Assembly: GCF_006345805.1 (NCBI RefSeq)
Contig: NC_043009.1
Span: 49,724,001 to 49,788,000, forward strand
DNA length: 64,000 bases
Reading direction: 5' to 3'
DNA from: Octopus sinensis
Taxonomy: Eukaryota
Shown: positions 40,762 to 55,079 of the stretch, one piece after another
How the letters are laid out: the number at the start of each line of letters is the position of its first letter
How positions within the stretch are numbered: the first letter of the stretch is position 1
Made by a program: the position numbers and the translations under genes
Notes under the pieces: generated by a model
Databases searched by the model: none
The model's input: the letters and a program-made list of their open reading frames with translations, nothing else
What the model was told of the DNA's origin: nothing

Positions 40762-41326
40762 ACATTGATGGGAGGGGATGTTGATGAAGGAATTATTATT
40801 ACAGCGATACGTTGTATAAAAAAAAAAGGGGGAGAAAAAAAAAAGCGTGGTATACAAAAAAATTATATAGAAATGCATGATAGTCCTCGGGGGGAAAAGT
40901 ACTGTCGAAGACGTCCATTCAAGGAAGACAACAAAACTACGAAATATCTATCCTAACCTACAAAGAGTTAAGGCTTTCCAACGTTCAGAGCAACACAAAT
41001 GGTGATTGTAGGTTAACTGACTCGGTCCATTTCAAACATTGGTAGCTCAACCAAACAGAGTGCGAGTAATGATTGATTAGATCAATCCCAGTATCTAACT
41101 GGTATTTTATATTATCAGACATTGAAAGAAAGGAAAACAATATCGATCTTAGTAGGATAAACACAGCACTAAACAGCACAAGGTATGTTGTCCAATACTA
41201 AGCGACTGGCTGCAAGTTCCAGTCAAGGTAAATCAATGATACCTGATTAGGTCTCTGATCCAATATCATTGATTTGCTGTACTCCTCACTAATTGGTATT
41301 AGCTCCGACTATACTCAAGTAGACCT

Positions 41327-41534
41327 AGGGGCTAAACATATTGGGGACAAACGAAGACAGACATAGGTATTAAGTCGATTACATCGACCCCAGTAACTGG
41401 TACTTAATTTATCGACCCCGAAAGGATGAAAGGCAAAGTCGACCTCGGCGGAATTTGAACTCACAACGTACCGACAGACGAAATACCGCTCAGCATTTCG
41501 CCCGGCGTGCTAATGTTTCTGCCAGCTCACCGCC
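41327..41534 (-). mobile_element. SINE family A, 3'-shortened (AATACCTAT variant)
   Basis: Ends at TTTAGCCCCT, lacking the terminal GTGGGTAGTAAAGAAAT. 15-bp TSD TACTCAAGTAGACCT at 41312-41326 and 41538-41552. Confidence 0.93.
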
Positions 41535-42258
41535 GTCTACTCAAGTAGACCTGTGACCAAAGACGTTCCAGCCGAGACTATATTGTCGAAAGGTCATTTG
41601 TTGAGACAGTAGGACGTATTTAATAAAATTTAGACTTACAGAGAGCTTGCCAGACCTCCCTACAAGAAAATATCTGAAGAGTTTCAACGGCAAACAGTAT
41701 GAACCAAAATCGTTTTTAAAAATGGATCATCTCTTCTTAGAAAGATAGAGAATAATGATATAGCATAGTGACAAGGCTCGTGATAATGTTCTCGTGACAC
41801 TGTTTCGATCCCTGATAAAAGTGATTGATATCACGTCTCTTAAAGCGAACTAAACTGTCCTTAAGAAAGGCATGTGCGTCGCAATTGTATACAAGAGCCA
41901 AAGCTGTAAGACAACAGGAATCGGTATTTTACAAGAGGCTAAATATGTGAGACAGTGCATGTATGTGTAGGTGTGTGTGTGTGTGCGCACGGAAAATATA
42001 TCGGGATTTATTATTGTTATAAGGTTTAGTGGGAAAAAAAGGAAGAAATAAAACACTACACATAAAAAAAAAAACATGCACATTTCACTTAGTTGTAAAC
42101 TTAAACAAGTTGTAAACTTAAACAAGTGACTCAAGGATAGGAAGTTTCACATTTGCACTTAACAAACTTTGATGAGTGCAATCATGAACATTTTATATGA
42201 TATAATACAAGAGACAACCGGTCTTTCAGAGACTCATGAAAGATAGAATGCCAAATGG

Positions 42259-42300
<42 letters not shown>

Positions 42301-42389
42301 AACACACACACACACACACACATTCAATAGTGTGAAACGTGCGTATTAAATGCATTCGAAATATGAATAATGGTCTTTTTGTCATTTTA

Positions 42390-42448
<59 letters not shown>

Positions 42449-42672
42449 CATACATACGTACATAAACACACAGACACGTGTGTGTACTGTGTATGTATGT
42501 ATGTATGTATGTATGTATGTATGTATGTATGAATGTATGTATGTATATACATATAAGCTTATATAATAAACAATATATTATACATCTCAATCACAGATTA
42601 AATAAAATAAAACTTAATCACTCAGAAACAATGAATATTTTCATGTTTGATTATATATATATATGTGTGTGA

Positions 42673-42730
<58 letters not shown>

Positions 42731-43119
42731 CTCTTTTTTGCTTTAGTCATAGACAACGGCCATGCTGGAGCACCACCAAGTGTAGCTTTAGTCGAATGAA
42801 TTAACACCAGTACTTTTTTTAAGCCTGCCACTTATTCTATCGGATTTCTTTTGCTAAGCCACTATGTTACTTGGATGTAAACTTACCAACACCGGTCGTC
42901 AAGCGGTGGTGAGATACACACACACACAAACCATATATATATATATATATTCACACGAGGGGTTTCTTTCGGTTTCCGTCTAACAAATCCACTGAAAAGG
43001 CTTTGGTTGGTCTGAAGCAATAGTAGAAGTTACTAGCCCCAAGGTGTCACGCAGAGGGAACGAACCAGGAGCCATGTGGTTGGGAAGCAATCTTCTTACC
43101 ATACAGCCACTCTTGCGCC
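42731..43119 (-). mobile_element. SINE family B, diverged copy
   Basis: GGCCATGCTGGAGCACCACC ... CCAAGGTGTCACGCAG ... ACAGCCACTCTTGCGCC. Confidence 0.85.
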
Positions 43120-43480
43120 TATATATACACACATTCGTATTTTGTGTCTGTGTATATATAAATTGAATGTGAAAACGGTAACGTGTACCTTATTTGTATA
43201 AATATACGAAAATATACATATTATATGCATATTAACGTGTACATATATGTAAATTTGATAGATATATATACACATGCATTATTCACACATTTATATACAT
43301 ACACAGACAAATATCACATTTGTTTCCCATATATATATTTATATATATATATATATAGGAGACATGTAGATGTATCTCTGTGTGTGTATACACAATGCAT
43401 ATATGCACACATATATACATAATCATAAATTAGGTATATGCATTGTATACCTTATATATATATCATAATATCAATATATA

Positions 43481-43806
43481 GGCGCAGGAGTGGCTGTGTG
43501 TTACGGAGCTTGCTTACCAACCGCATGGTTCCGGGTTCAGTCCCACCTGCATGGCACCTTGGGCAAGTGTCTTCTACTATAGTCTCGGGCCGACCAAATC
43601 CGTGTGAGTGGATTTGCTAGTCGGAAACTGAAAGGACTCCGTCGTATATATGTGTGTGTGTGTGTCCTGTAACGTACCGGTTCGGCAAAAGAACCCGATA
43701 GAATAAGTACTAGGCTTATGAACAATAAGTTCTGGGGTCGATTGGTTCGACTAAAAGGCGATACTCCAGTATGGCCGCAGTCAAATTACTGAAACAAATA
43801 AAAGAA
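43481..43806 (+). mobile_element. SINE family B, diverged, with internal deletion
   Basis: Head GGCGCAGGAGTGGCTGTGTG; lacks the TTTGTCCCCCTAGCATTGC...GTCCCCG segment; tail present. Confidence 0.88.
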
Positions 43807-44111
43807 TATATATACACACGCACATGAAGTATAACTATTTAAGTATATGTGCAGTATATACTTTATGTGTACATCATAATATCAGTGTATATATATATAT
43901 ATAATATATATATATATATCACATGTACACACACATACACACACAATGCGTATATGTACATATACGTAATTATACTTTAGGTATACATGCATTATATATA
44001 TATATATATATATCATATCAATGTGTGTGTGTATAATCATACACACTCAAATACAAGTATATTGTATATATATATATATATGTAAATGTCTGTATATATT
44101 TTATACACATG

Positions 44112-44511
44112 CTCTTACTCTTACTTATTTCAGTCATTTGACTGCGGCCATGCTGGAGCACCGCCTTCAGTCGAGCAACTCGACCCCGGGACTTATTCTT
44201 TTGTAAGCCCAGTACTTATTCTATCGGTCTCTTTTGCCGAACCGCTAAGTAACGGGGACATAAACACACCAGCATCGGTTGTCAAGCAATGCTAGGGGGA
44301 CAAACACAGACATACACGCACACACATATATATATATATACATATATACGACGGGCTTCTTTCAGTTTCCGTCTACCAAATCCACTCACAAGGCTTTGGT
44401 CGGCCCGAGGCTATAGTAGAAGACACTTGCCCAAGATGCCACGCAGTGGGACTGAACCTGGAACCATGTGGTTGGTAAGCAAGCTATTTACCACACAGCC
44501 ACTCCTGCGCC
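44112..44511 (-). mobile_element. SINE family B, full length
   Basis: Reverse complement of the consensus from head to tail. Confidence 0.94.
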
Positions 44512-44671
44512 TATATGCTATGCGTAATATATATACACATACAATATATATATTGCACAATTATACACATATATAATTTATTTTTCATGTACCTGAAGAT
44601 ATTCTAATATCCTAGCCAAGATACAGGTAAAGCCCGTTACATATATTTACCTGTCTATCCATGTATATATG

Positions 44672-44723
<52 letters not shown>

Positions 44724-45457
44724 TGTATTATGTACAGGAGAATCGAAGTACGAATTTATGCGACCCATGCGTTTCCCTAGGGAATTAGAGTACTAGGTAA
44801 AATGGTTCTGTGAATCGAAACCGCGTCGCTGAGACATTCATATCACTTATACACACGTATGCCTTCAATTACAAACTTATGACGGAGCCACTAAGTGACC
44901 GCTTGATCCATTAGCAACCTAACCTCTCTCAAATCGCAACACACATTACAAATTTGCAAACATGGGATACATCTGATTACAAAATCCCTGCTCTGCAAAA
45001 AAAAAAAAAGATGGCATGAGCATACCTGGAACACCTTTTGATTAAACATTTGCTCAATCAGGCCCGACCTAGGGCTAAATAACTCATGGATTTTTTCAGT
45101 TTATCATACAGCCTTTGGCAGGGTTAGGGGGGTGATTTCAGTGATATAACTAATGTGCTAAAGTATAGATAAAACCTAATTATGTGTCACTTTATTAGTA
45201 GCTCACCGCATTTGTCTTTGCATTACATATGAGATGTATGCGTATGATGCAGGTATACAGGTGAGTTGCAATGTAGAACACGACACAGGTGTGCCTGCAG
45301 TAGCACACAACATACAGGTTGCACTAATGCATTATTGAACCAATAAAGAAGTTGGTCAGATGATGTAGAAAAATAATTAAAACGGAATTTAATTTGGAGA
45401 AAGTGTATGTACGTAACGTCAGCATGGATTGTCCGTGTGTGTATACTTACATACATA

Positions 45458-45494
<37 letters not shown>

Positions 45495-45619
45495 ATATAT
45501 ATAAAATCCCCTGCTGCACATTTAGAAGATAGTGCCATAAGAGGATGTCATGCATCATTCTGGATGTACATTATTATATGTATTTGTAAGTGCACGTACA
45601 GGAATCTATGGACACATAC

Positions 45620-45620
45620 G

Positions 45621-45708
<88 letters not shown>

Positions 45709-46051
45709 TAGATGTATTAGCGATTAGCATTAAAGTTTCATATTTATTGACGGATACAGGTGACACAGAACTAGAAACAAAGATGGGTAGATATAATTTA
45801 GATAATGCTATATATATACACCTCATGGCTTTACCTGGCTCTACAATTGGCCGGGTATTTCTCTAGTATATACATACATTGAACGCCACGCATCCATTTC
45901 CAAGTAAGTTTATGTATATATATACACTAAATCTAGACAGGTAAGCGAAAGGTAGATATGCAGATCCTAAATACAGCCGATAACTAGAAATCAGTATATA
46001 GGTGTATAGATCATTGTATGAATGTGTGTACTGTGTGAGAGAGTTTGAAGG

Positions 46052-46116
<65 letters not shown>

Positions 46117-46126
46117 TGTATGTAGG

Positions 46127-46173
<47 letters not shown>

Positions 46174-46186
46174 GTATGTATGTAGG

Positions 46187-46235
<49 letters not shown>

Positions 46236-46283
46236 CGATAGATAGATAGATAGATCGATAGATAGATAGATACGTACGTAGAT
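45620..46283. repeat. Two (GATA)n microsatellites (45620-45712 and 46052-46283)
   Basis: Direct reading; source of the IYLS ORFs. Confidence 0.93.
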
Positions 46284-47964
46284 AGAGCAAGAAAGTGGTA
46301 GTTATGTGTATAGGTAAAACTGGAAATAGCCACACGAGTTAGCTTGTTAGATCGGAAAATATTTTTGGATTGGAAAGTAATTAGCTTCTACCAAGTCCCC
46401 GGATCTATATCGGCAGTAGTCGGCATTGATCAGAAGACTTTTACGTTCGATTAAACGAAAAGCTCTTCTATCAAGAGCACATACTAACCAACCAACACGT
46501 AGCAACAATGATTTCGGCGCGCCGTTGTATAACAACGACCAGACTAATTGCAAAGGAACTCATAACGTTAAAATATCGGTTTCGTTCAGGAACAGCACAG
46601 ATAAAACAAGATTTCCATCTCTAATTTCACACACGGCACAGGAAAAAGAGATGGAAATATATGAAGAGGGGGAATAAAGGAAAAGACTGTGGAAAAGAGA
46701 AAGACATGAGAGAGCAAGAAAGAAAGAAAGAGCGAGGTGAATGTGTTTGTATGAGTGTATCTTGCACGTTAATGAAAGCACGATCTTTGGCGATCGATTC
46801 TTGTGTTAAGTGGATGTTGGCTGACAAGACCGAGAATTCTTTGTGACTATAACAATACTAGACTTCCGAATAAACTTTTCCCCTCGACGAACAGAAACGC
46901 ATCTTTTGGCGGATCGGAGTTTCCTGCAATAGAATCCAACTTTTCCTCTTGAATTCACGACCTTCTTTTCACTAGATATCGTGCAGAGACGTTGAAAATA
47001 TCAAAATAAATATCAGTTATTTTTATCACTGACATTGATATTTTCATATCAGCTATTTATTATTATCACGTTTAGTTATAAAGCTTGTTGTGTTTGACGA
47101 AAGGAAATTTATTATTAGACTCGCGATTGCCGTAGATTTTAAAAAGAGTCAAGCAACCGGTCAGCGAAACTGGCGGCGCGGTTTCGATTTCTTGTGAAAG
47201 CAATTACACTTTACTTAAAAAAACTGCCAGTGAGTGCTTTTGCGAAAGAAATGAATGCATGTCATAACATCACAATTTCCTGTTCTTATACATCGGAAGT
47301 TATTGAATCTAATCCAAAAATATCTTTTGTTGAAAGTGAGTTCGTAGCCAAACTATTTTGTACCGATTTCCACTTCACTGAAGTCTTCTAGAAATATATA
47401 ATAGATAAAGGTGTGGACATTACAATCTCCGATACAACCCACGCCATGATCACCAAAAGGGGCTGAATGGGAAGTGATGGTTATAACAGGAGAAGCTAAC
47501 TCTACGACAAACTGTATTGGCGACCCAGTTTCAAATGATGGTTGGAGCCATTTATCGGTCTCAAGAAAAGTCAGTTTCATGACGACAACTTATCATTCTT
47601 TCAAAATGCACCCAAACTTCGCTTTCAGAAACTTTATTATTTAATCGTTTATTATTATTATATTCCTAATATCATCATCATCATTATCATCAACAACATT
47701 ACGTCAAATTACTTTTGTATTAATAAACTTACTGTCTCCTACAATACTGACTTAACTGAATAATTTATTAAAACGAAAAGAAAGATAAAAACCTAGAGGA
47801 TAATGAATACTCTCAATATACACGCACATGTACGGATGTAGATATATGAATGTGTGAATATATATTACATATTTGTATGCATGTGTAAGTAGATTTAGAA
47901 CATGTATGTATGTATGTATGTATGTATGTATGTATGTATGTATGTATGTATGTATGTATGTATG

Positions 47965-48000
<36 letters not shown>

Positions 48001-48173
48001 TACATGTTATAAATGTACTTACACACACACATATATAGACACACGTGTCTCTCTCTCTCTCTGTATGTATATGTATATATATATATTGACACACGTAATG
48101 TGTAGTCATATATGAGTATGTGAATTTGTAACGTGTGTATACATACATACATACATAAATATATATGTATGTA

Positions 48174-48381
48174 TATTCTTTTCTACTCTAGGCACAAGGC
48201 CCGAAATTTTTGGGTAGGGGGCCAGTCGATTAGATCGACTCCAGTACGCAACTGGTACTTAATTTATCGACCCCGAAAGGCAGAAAGGCAAAGTCGACCT
48301 CGGCGGAATTTGAACTCAGAACGTAAAGACAGACGAAATACCGCGAAGCATTTTCGCCCGGCATGCTAACGTTTCTGCCAG
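48174..48381 (-). mobile_element. SINE family A body with alternative 3' tail
   Basis: Body matches family A up to GTCGATCTAATCGAC, then continues TGGCCCCCTACCCAAAAATTTCGGGCCTTGTGCCTAGAGTAGAAAAGAAT instead of the TTTGTCCCC...GTGGGT tail. Confidence 0.9.
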
Positions 48382-49147
48382 TATATATATATATAGATAT
48401 ATTATGAGAAAGAGCGAGAATGGGGGCTTTGATAGATAGATAGATAGCTTCTTCACTTTGAAAGTTCGAGGGTTTGAGTTAAAAGTTTCTTGGTTTCAGT
48501 TTAAGTTTGTGTTAAAAATAGCCGGAGGAGGTCAATTGGAAAGAGATGAGGAGTGGAGGCGGATAACGAACCGGAACTCCAAAATGTAAGGAAAGGAGAC
48601 AATCTGAAATTCAGATCGACCTAAATATAATAATCACAGTTAATTAATTACTACTACTACTACATGTAACAACTGATTTCATCACAAGTCAGTACTAAGT
48701 TTTGTACACTTAGTCATAGAGGAAAAAATAAAAGGAAATTAGCGAAAGCTGGGTAACACGTTAACAACTTTTAAGAGAGACGATGATGATGATGATGATG
48801 ATGGTGGTGGTATATGGGAGTATATATAATTCGGTTGGTTTATAGTGCAGTTTCCAGAATGGGCGTTGAGTGAAATTATATACATTACATAAATAGCTGA
48901 TTGTATTTTGTATGTAACTAACTACGTATGTATGCATAAGGACATACATACATACATACATACATACACGAGATGAATAAAAAAAAAAATTAACAGACGC
49001 ATATCACTATCTCACGTATATATACATACATACATACATACACAGAACGCGCGCACACGCATTCTTCGTTTACACATATTTAGATAAACATAGGCATATA
49101 CATGTTTATCTAAATATATGTAAATTGATAGGTATGTGTGGTGCATG

Positions 49148-49178
<31 letters not shown>

Positions 49179-49212
49179 TATATATAGATATATATATATA
49201 TATATATATAAT

Positions 49213-49260
<48 letters not shown>

Positions 49261-50373
49261 TATATATATATAGATATATAATATATATATAAATATATAT
49301 ATATAAATATATATATACATACGCACAAGTACGGGTAGTTCATCATATGTCTCATTTCTTAGAGCATACATCATACACACACACACACAGAACCGCATCT
49401 AGAAAACATGGAACCAAAATTTGACGTTCTTAAAGTGTTCATTTTGTTTGTAAATTCAACACGGTTTTCCTGTTACACTTGCTTCAACTGCAGCACTCTT
49501 TGAGATATTTACTACACTCACACACACAACGAACAAAAATATATTTAAAACTATTATATCTATATATATATATGTGTGTGTGTATGCATGTATATGTAGG
49601 GGCAAACGATTGATTTAAATGCTATATGGAAGATAAATATTCAAGAAATTCCGACAGCGTAGATAGATAGATAGACAGACAGAAAAATGTATGAGTCGAG
49701 AGTGTACGTGTGTGTGTGTATAATATATACACACGAAATAAAATGAGCTACAGTATATACATCGTAGAAAATACAGTGTATACTCGACCATACTAATTAA
49801 AGATAATTCAAAGAACGATTATTATGCACGAGCTAGTTTTATATCGAGGTGTAAATTGCATGTACACGCACATAGTCTTTGTGTGTATGTATGTATGTAT
49901 GTATGTATGTACTCGCATATAAATCCTAAATATACATGCAATATATACATACTGTATATGCGTATATACATCTATGTGTGTATATATATACACAGATAAA
50001 TACATCTTTATAAATATCATAATTAGTATACTTTATTAAAAATGTATCAAATATATCCATGTATTTATACGCACGTATACATCCATGTACTACATGCATG
50101 CATACATGTTCACGCTTTCATTTACACACCTTCGGGTTATTATTTATACACTTACATGCCCTAAGTTTTCAATTAACTTTTCTCATGATGCATTTCGGAA
50201 ACATATTACACATAATACATACACGCAGACACAAGCATACAGACATATACACATACACCTTAAAACCATAAGCATCGATTTCGCTGAAGAAATACCCCAA
50301 ATACCCCTCACGAAATATAACGATAACAACAAAGACAGTAGTAATAATAATAATAGTAACAGTAATAACGATG

Positions 50374-50416
<43 letters not shown>

Positions 50417-52602
50417 CAACCACACTCTGCCGGACGTTTAAGAAGCTATCGGTGGACAATAACAAACGCACACACTCACATACACACACTACACAAATAG
50501 CTTACATGCGAAGGAATAAAACAGCGGTAACAAATGAAGGTTTTAAAATAATGGTCAACTTACATTGGGTTGGAAGCATTCCAGTAAAATGGTAAGCGGT
50601 TCCCACTGTCCACCACATCTACCATGGACATTGCAAGTGGTAACAATAAGGATATGTATTGAAAAAACCAAGGCATCCTCTTGTAAATTCGAATAAATGT
50701 CCTTCCAATATCACTCATTCTTATTTTCACCGTTCTTCATTGAATAGCCCCAGCAGAAAAAAAAATATATATAAAAGATATTTATCAAAGAATCCAGCCA
50801 GAAAAAAAATAGCCCCGAACTTCCTCAAAGACTATATATATATATTTATATATATATAGATAGATATATATATATAACCCAACACTAAAAAAACAAGTTG
50901 GATATATATATATATATATTTATAAATATATATATGTATATATATTCGTGTTCTAAGATATATATAAAGTATATGCTTATGTGTGGGTATGTAGTTTTAA
51001 ATCGATGTCGATATCTTATAGATATATGTGTGTGTATATGTGTAAAGTTGATTGTTTGTTAAATGTTTACTTCAGCAAATTCACCAGAGACAGCAAAATG
51101 TTGCTATTTAGATGCTGCTATGGTTGTGATGTTCACAGAAATAAATGATGTCGGTGTGTGTTGTTTGGTTATTGCTGCTGGCTTGGTTGTGTTATACAGC
51201 AACTAATTTCTTCTTTACTTGTTTTTATTTTCGATGCATTAAATATAAATTCTAGAGAGAAGAGAAAAAACATCTAAGTTTTCGGAAATAAATAATATTA
51301 CAATATATGATAAATTTATAGCTAGTGTTTTGGTGCAGGTCGCCGGGTCACAAAACTTCCGATTCTTCTTTATTTTTCTCTCTCCCTTAAAGAAACCCAC
51401 TGGTTATAAAATAAATATTTCTTATGTATGTGTGAGAGATTTCTGTATACCGTACACATACATAACTTCAAATATTTATTATATACACATATTGTTTCTA
51501 TTCGATAGTGAAAAATGACCTATCTGTGGGGGAAAAGTCTTGTGCTATGCAATGAACAATCATTACAGATCAGTTATCAGTTTTATATACACAAAACTAG
51601 GAATTATTTCTCTAAAAAATGGGGGATGGGAGAATTAAAAAAAATATTACAGTAATAAAGTTGATGTATTTTAGTTCAACTTCCTGCCAAGTTTTGTTTG
51701 CAAGTAGGTTGACGCAAAATATTTCTATAAAAAAAAATATCATAAACAATGATCGCTTTGTTTTTATATAAAGTTATTCAAACTATTAGTTGGCTTAATT
51801 GCGCAAGTGTTTGTAAATTCTATGTCAGTATTGTTAATGCATATATGTATATATATATATATATATATATAAGACGTTTTACTTCTTTCTTCACACCGTA
51901 GAAAAAAAAATATAAAAACAATAATAGTTAAATCAAAACTTTTTTTTCTTCTTCTTCTTCTGTTCAGGGAAGCTTTATATATATTCGATGATCAACCGGG
52001 GTATTTTCAACATTCCATCAACCAGCTCAGTTTTATCTTCATTAAAATACTTTTCCAACTCCAGTTTCTCACAGACAAACAAACCGACAGTGGATTTTTC
52101 ACTGAACAAACTGAATGATTTCGTTTGTGAGAGTTTTACATGTTTTCTGTATTTTTCTCACATTTATATATATATAGTTATATATATATATATATATAAA
52201 TATATATATGTGTGTATATATATAGACACACACACACACACAAACACGCACTTCGTATATATTTTAAATGTTTTTTTCCGTGTTCCGTGTGTATTTGATT
52301 TTTTTTTTTTTGTTGTTTTTGTTTTTGTTTCTTAAGATCCGCTTCGTCCTGTCCCTAAGTATTGTTTGTTGTCGATAGGTTCGGTTGGGTCCCTTTTACT
52401 GTTTCCGTCCGTCCGTCCGTCCGTCCGTCTCGGCTACAACCCCTCAAATCGATAGCTCAGCTTATGGAGCACGGCTTTTTGAAAATTATTATATTATACT
52501 ATATTATATATATATATATATATATATGTACTATATATATATATATAGTAATAATAACGGTAATAATAAAGGACTGTCTTTCTCCCCCGACTCTATTCAA
52601 CG

Positions 52603-52702
52603 NNNNNNNNNNNNNNNNNNNNNNNNNNNNNNNNNNNNNNNNNNNNNNNNNNNNNNNNNNNNNNNNNNNNNNNNNNNNNNNNNNNNNNNNNNNNNNNNNN
52701 NN
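52603..52702. other. Assembly gap (100 N)
   Basis: A run of exactly 100 N, typical of a placeholder for a gap of unknown size. Confidence 0.98.
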
Positions 52703-53959
52703 GATGGATCCTTCAAACGGTGATTGAGGGTGAGGAGGTAGGACCTAGGATCCGGCATGATGGGATAGCGGAAAAAAAAACGTTCGAAAAACAAAAAACA
52801 AATTGTAGACAGAATGAGATAACAAAGCCAAGGCTGTGAGGAGTTTTCAGGGCATTTATAATGAAATAGCCTTACAGCTGTTTCTGGGATATTATGAATA
52901 TTATATATATATATAAAACATACATCTAGCTATACACTCACACATTCATTCTCTTTTCAACCAGACGCAACCTGGTTTCACTCACGCCGTGCCAGGTATC
53001 TTACGCCTATTTTTTAACGTATAGTTCTTACCTGCTCAAGCAGTAAGCGTCTTTTAAGCGGTAATTTAACCTGTTAGAAATAGTAGCTAAATCTTTCACA
53101 AACTATAGAGTGGTCGCAGTTGGAGCATATTTGGTTCAGTGTGTTCCGTCAGGACTGACCTGCTAACTGAACAACATCATAAACCGTTGCATGTGCGTAC
53201 AGTTTTGTGTGTGTGTGTGTGTGCGTGTGTGTGTGTGTGTGTGTGCGTGTGTGTGTGTGTGTGTGTGTGAAAGCACTTAATAACCTACAAGATAAGATTC
53301 CTGATTTATAGAAATTATCTCTGCTTCCAGAATGGTTGGAACAGTTGTTTGATGATGACTGACTCCAGCTACACATACATACGTGCGCACAAAAGATGTA
53401 CTTTATAAATCAAAGGTTTTTTTAAAAATTAAAAAAAAATTTTTTTGAACTGCAACTTGATAGTTTGTATACACGGAATTTTTGTACAGATGTGCATATA
53501 TGAGATAGCATGTATGCGAGTGTGTGTGTGTGTGTGTGTGTCTGTGTAATTAGTAAAACACTAAGAATACGTCTGTGAAAGCCCGAAAATGTGACTGGTG
53601 TGTGTGTCAACGTCAGACGCTTGTAAGTTTTAATTTGCAAAGGAAAGTGAAGATCGAAGATAGTTAGAGAGAGAGAGGGGGGAGAAAGAGTGTGTGTGTG
53701 TGTGTGCGTGTGTGTATGTGTGTGTGAAAGTCAGTATGTGCTATTTGAGAAACTGTGTGCACGTATGAGAAGGAATGTGTGCGTGTGCATGTGTGTTTGC
53801 GTGCACCAGACTGAAGAAGTTAGGGATCAGCCTTGCACTTTTCTAAACCCCACTTTCACTTTAATTAAACCAACATTCATCAATAATTTATGAGAGTGGC
53901 CCCTTTGTTTTCATTAGAGGAATTTCTTGTTGAAATGTTTATTAGAACTGACTGCACGT

Positions 53960-54530
53960 TCATTACCACCACCACCACCGCCACAGACACTACCACCACC
54001 ACCAGCACCAGCACTCACCAACACCATCACCACAAACACTACCACCTACACTACTACACTAACATCACAGTCACCACCAACCACTACCACGACCAAACCA
54101 CTCTCACCACTAGCATCAGAAACACTACCACCAACTCTACAACCACCACCACCACCACCACCATCACCGCCACAAACACTACCACCACCACCACCACCAC
54201 CAGCACTCACCATCACCATCACCACAAACACTACCACCTACACTACTACACTAACATCACAGTCACCACCAACCACTACCAAACCACTCTCACCACTAGC
54301 ATCACAAACACTACCACCAACTCAACAACCACCACCACCACCACCACCACCACAGACATTACCACCACCAGTACCAGCACTCACCATCACCATCACCACA
54401 AACACTACCACCTACACTACACTAACATCACAGTCACCACCAACCACTACCACGACCAAACCACTCTCACCACTAGCATCAGAAACACTACCACCAACTC
54501 TACAACCACCAACACCACCACCACTCACCA
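53960..54530. repeat. (ACC)-rich minisatellite, ~3 units of 180-189 bp
   Basis: The unit landmark CACA(G/A)ACA(C/T)T occurs at 53982, 54171 and 54351. The core CACAAACACTACCACCTACACTAC...AACATCACAGTCACCACCAACC occurs three times. Confidence 0.9.
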
Positions 54531-55079
54531 TACTCGCATTAGAAGTCGAGAAAGAGAAAGTGGCGAGTAGAGAAAGGTGCAATGAATGGATTAGTAATGC
54601 CTCTGCTCCAGCTGAGCCTGACTGACAAAAGTTTTAACTTTAAACTAAATATTAAGTAAATGCGTTTCCGTCGGTTTCGACTATGAGCATTTTGATGTTC
54701 GACCTTTGGAATTAGCAAGTGGCTGAGTATTCCACAGACACATGTATTATTATGAATATTAATGCTCGACCAAGATCAGCATGACTGTGTGTGACAAGCA
54801 GAATTCACACACACACACACACACCACACACACACACAACTATTTCACTGGTGTATGCAGATGGCAGAAGGTCCCTTTATGTTTTGGTTTGAGTTCAAAT
54901 CCAGGGCCAAGATAATTCTACTTTGTTCATGATGCCCTTTTTTTTCTGAATCTTTTGTATTTTCTTGTTTTAGCCACAGGACAGCAACATTGCTGGGTCC
55001 CATCCTTGTAGGGTCCAGTAAATTGCCCCCGGCGTTTCGATTTCTTTTTAAGCTTCAAATGTTTTTTTTTATCAGTCTC

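Noticed and set aside
42091-42124. 17-bp tandem duplication AGTTGTAAACTTAAACA
   Set aside because: An ordinary slippage duplication with no further structure.
46611-46658. 12-bp perfect inverted repeat ATTTCCATCTCT/AGAGATGGAAAT
   Set aside because: The stem is too short for a pre-miRNA and is low-complexity; expected by chance in 64 kb.
52362-52794. ORFs spanning the N gap
   Set aside because: They are open only because Ns translate as X, and contiguity across the gap is not assured.
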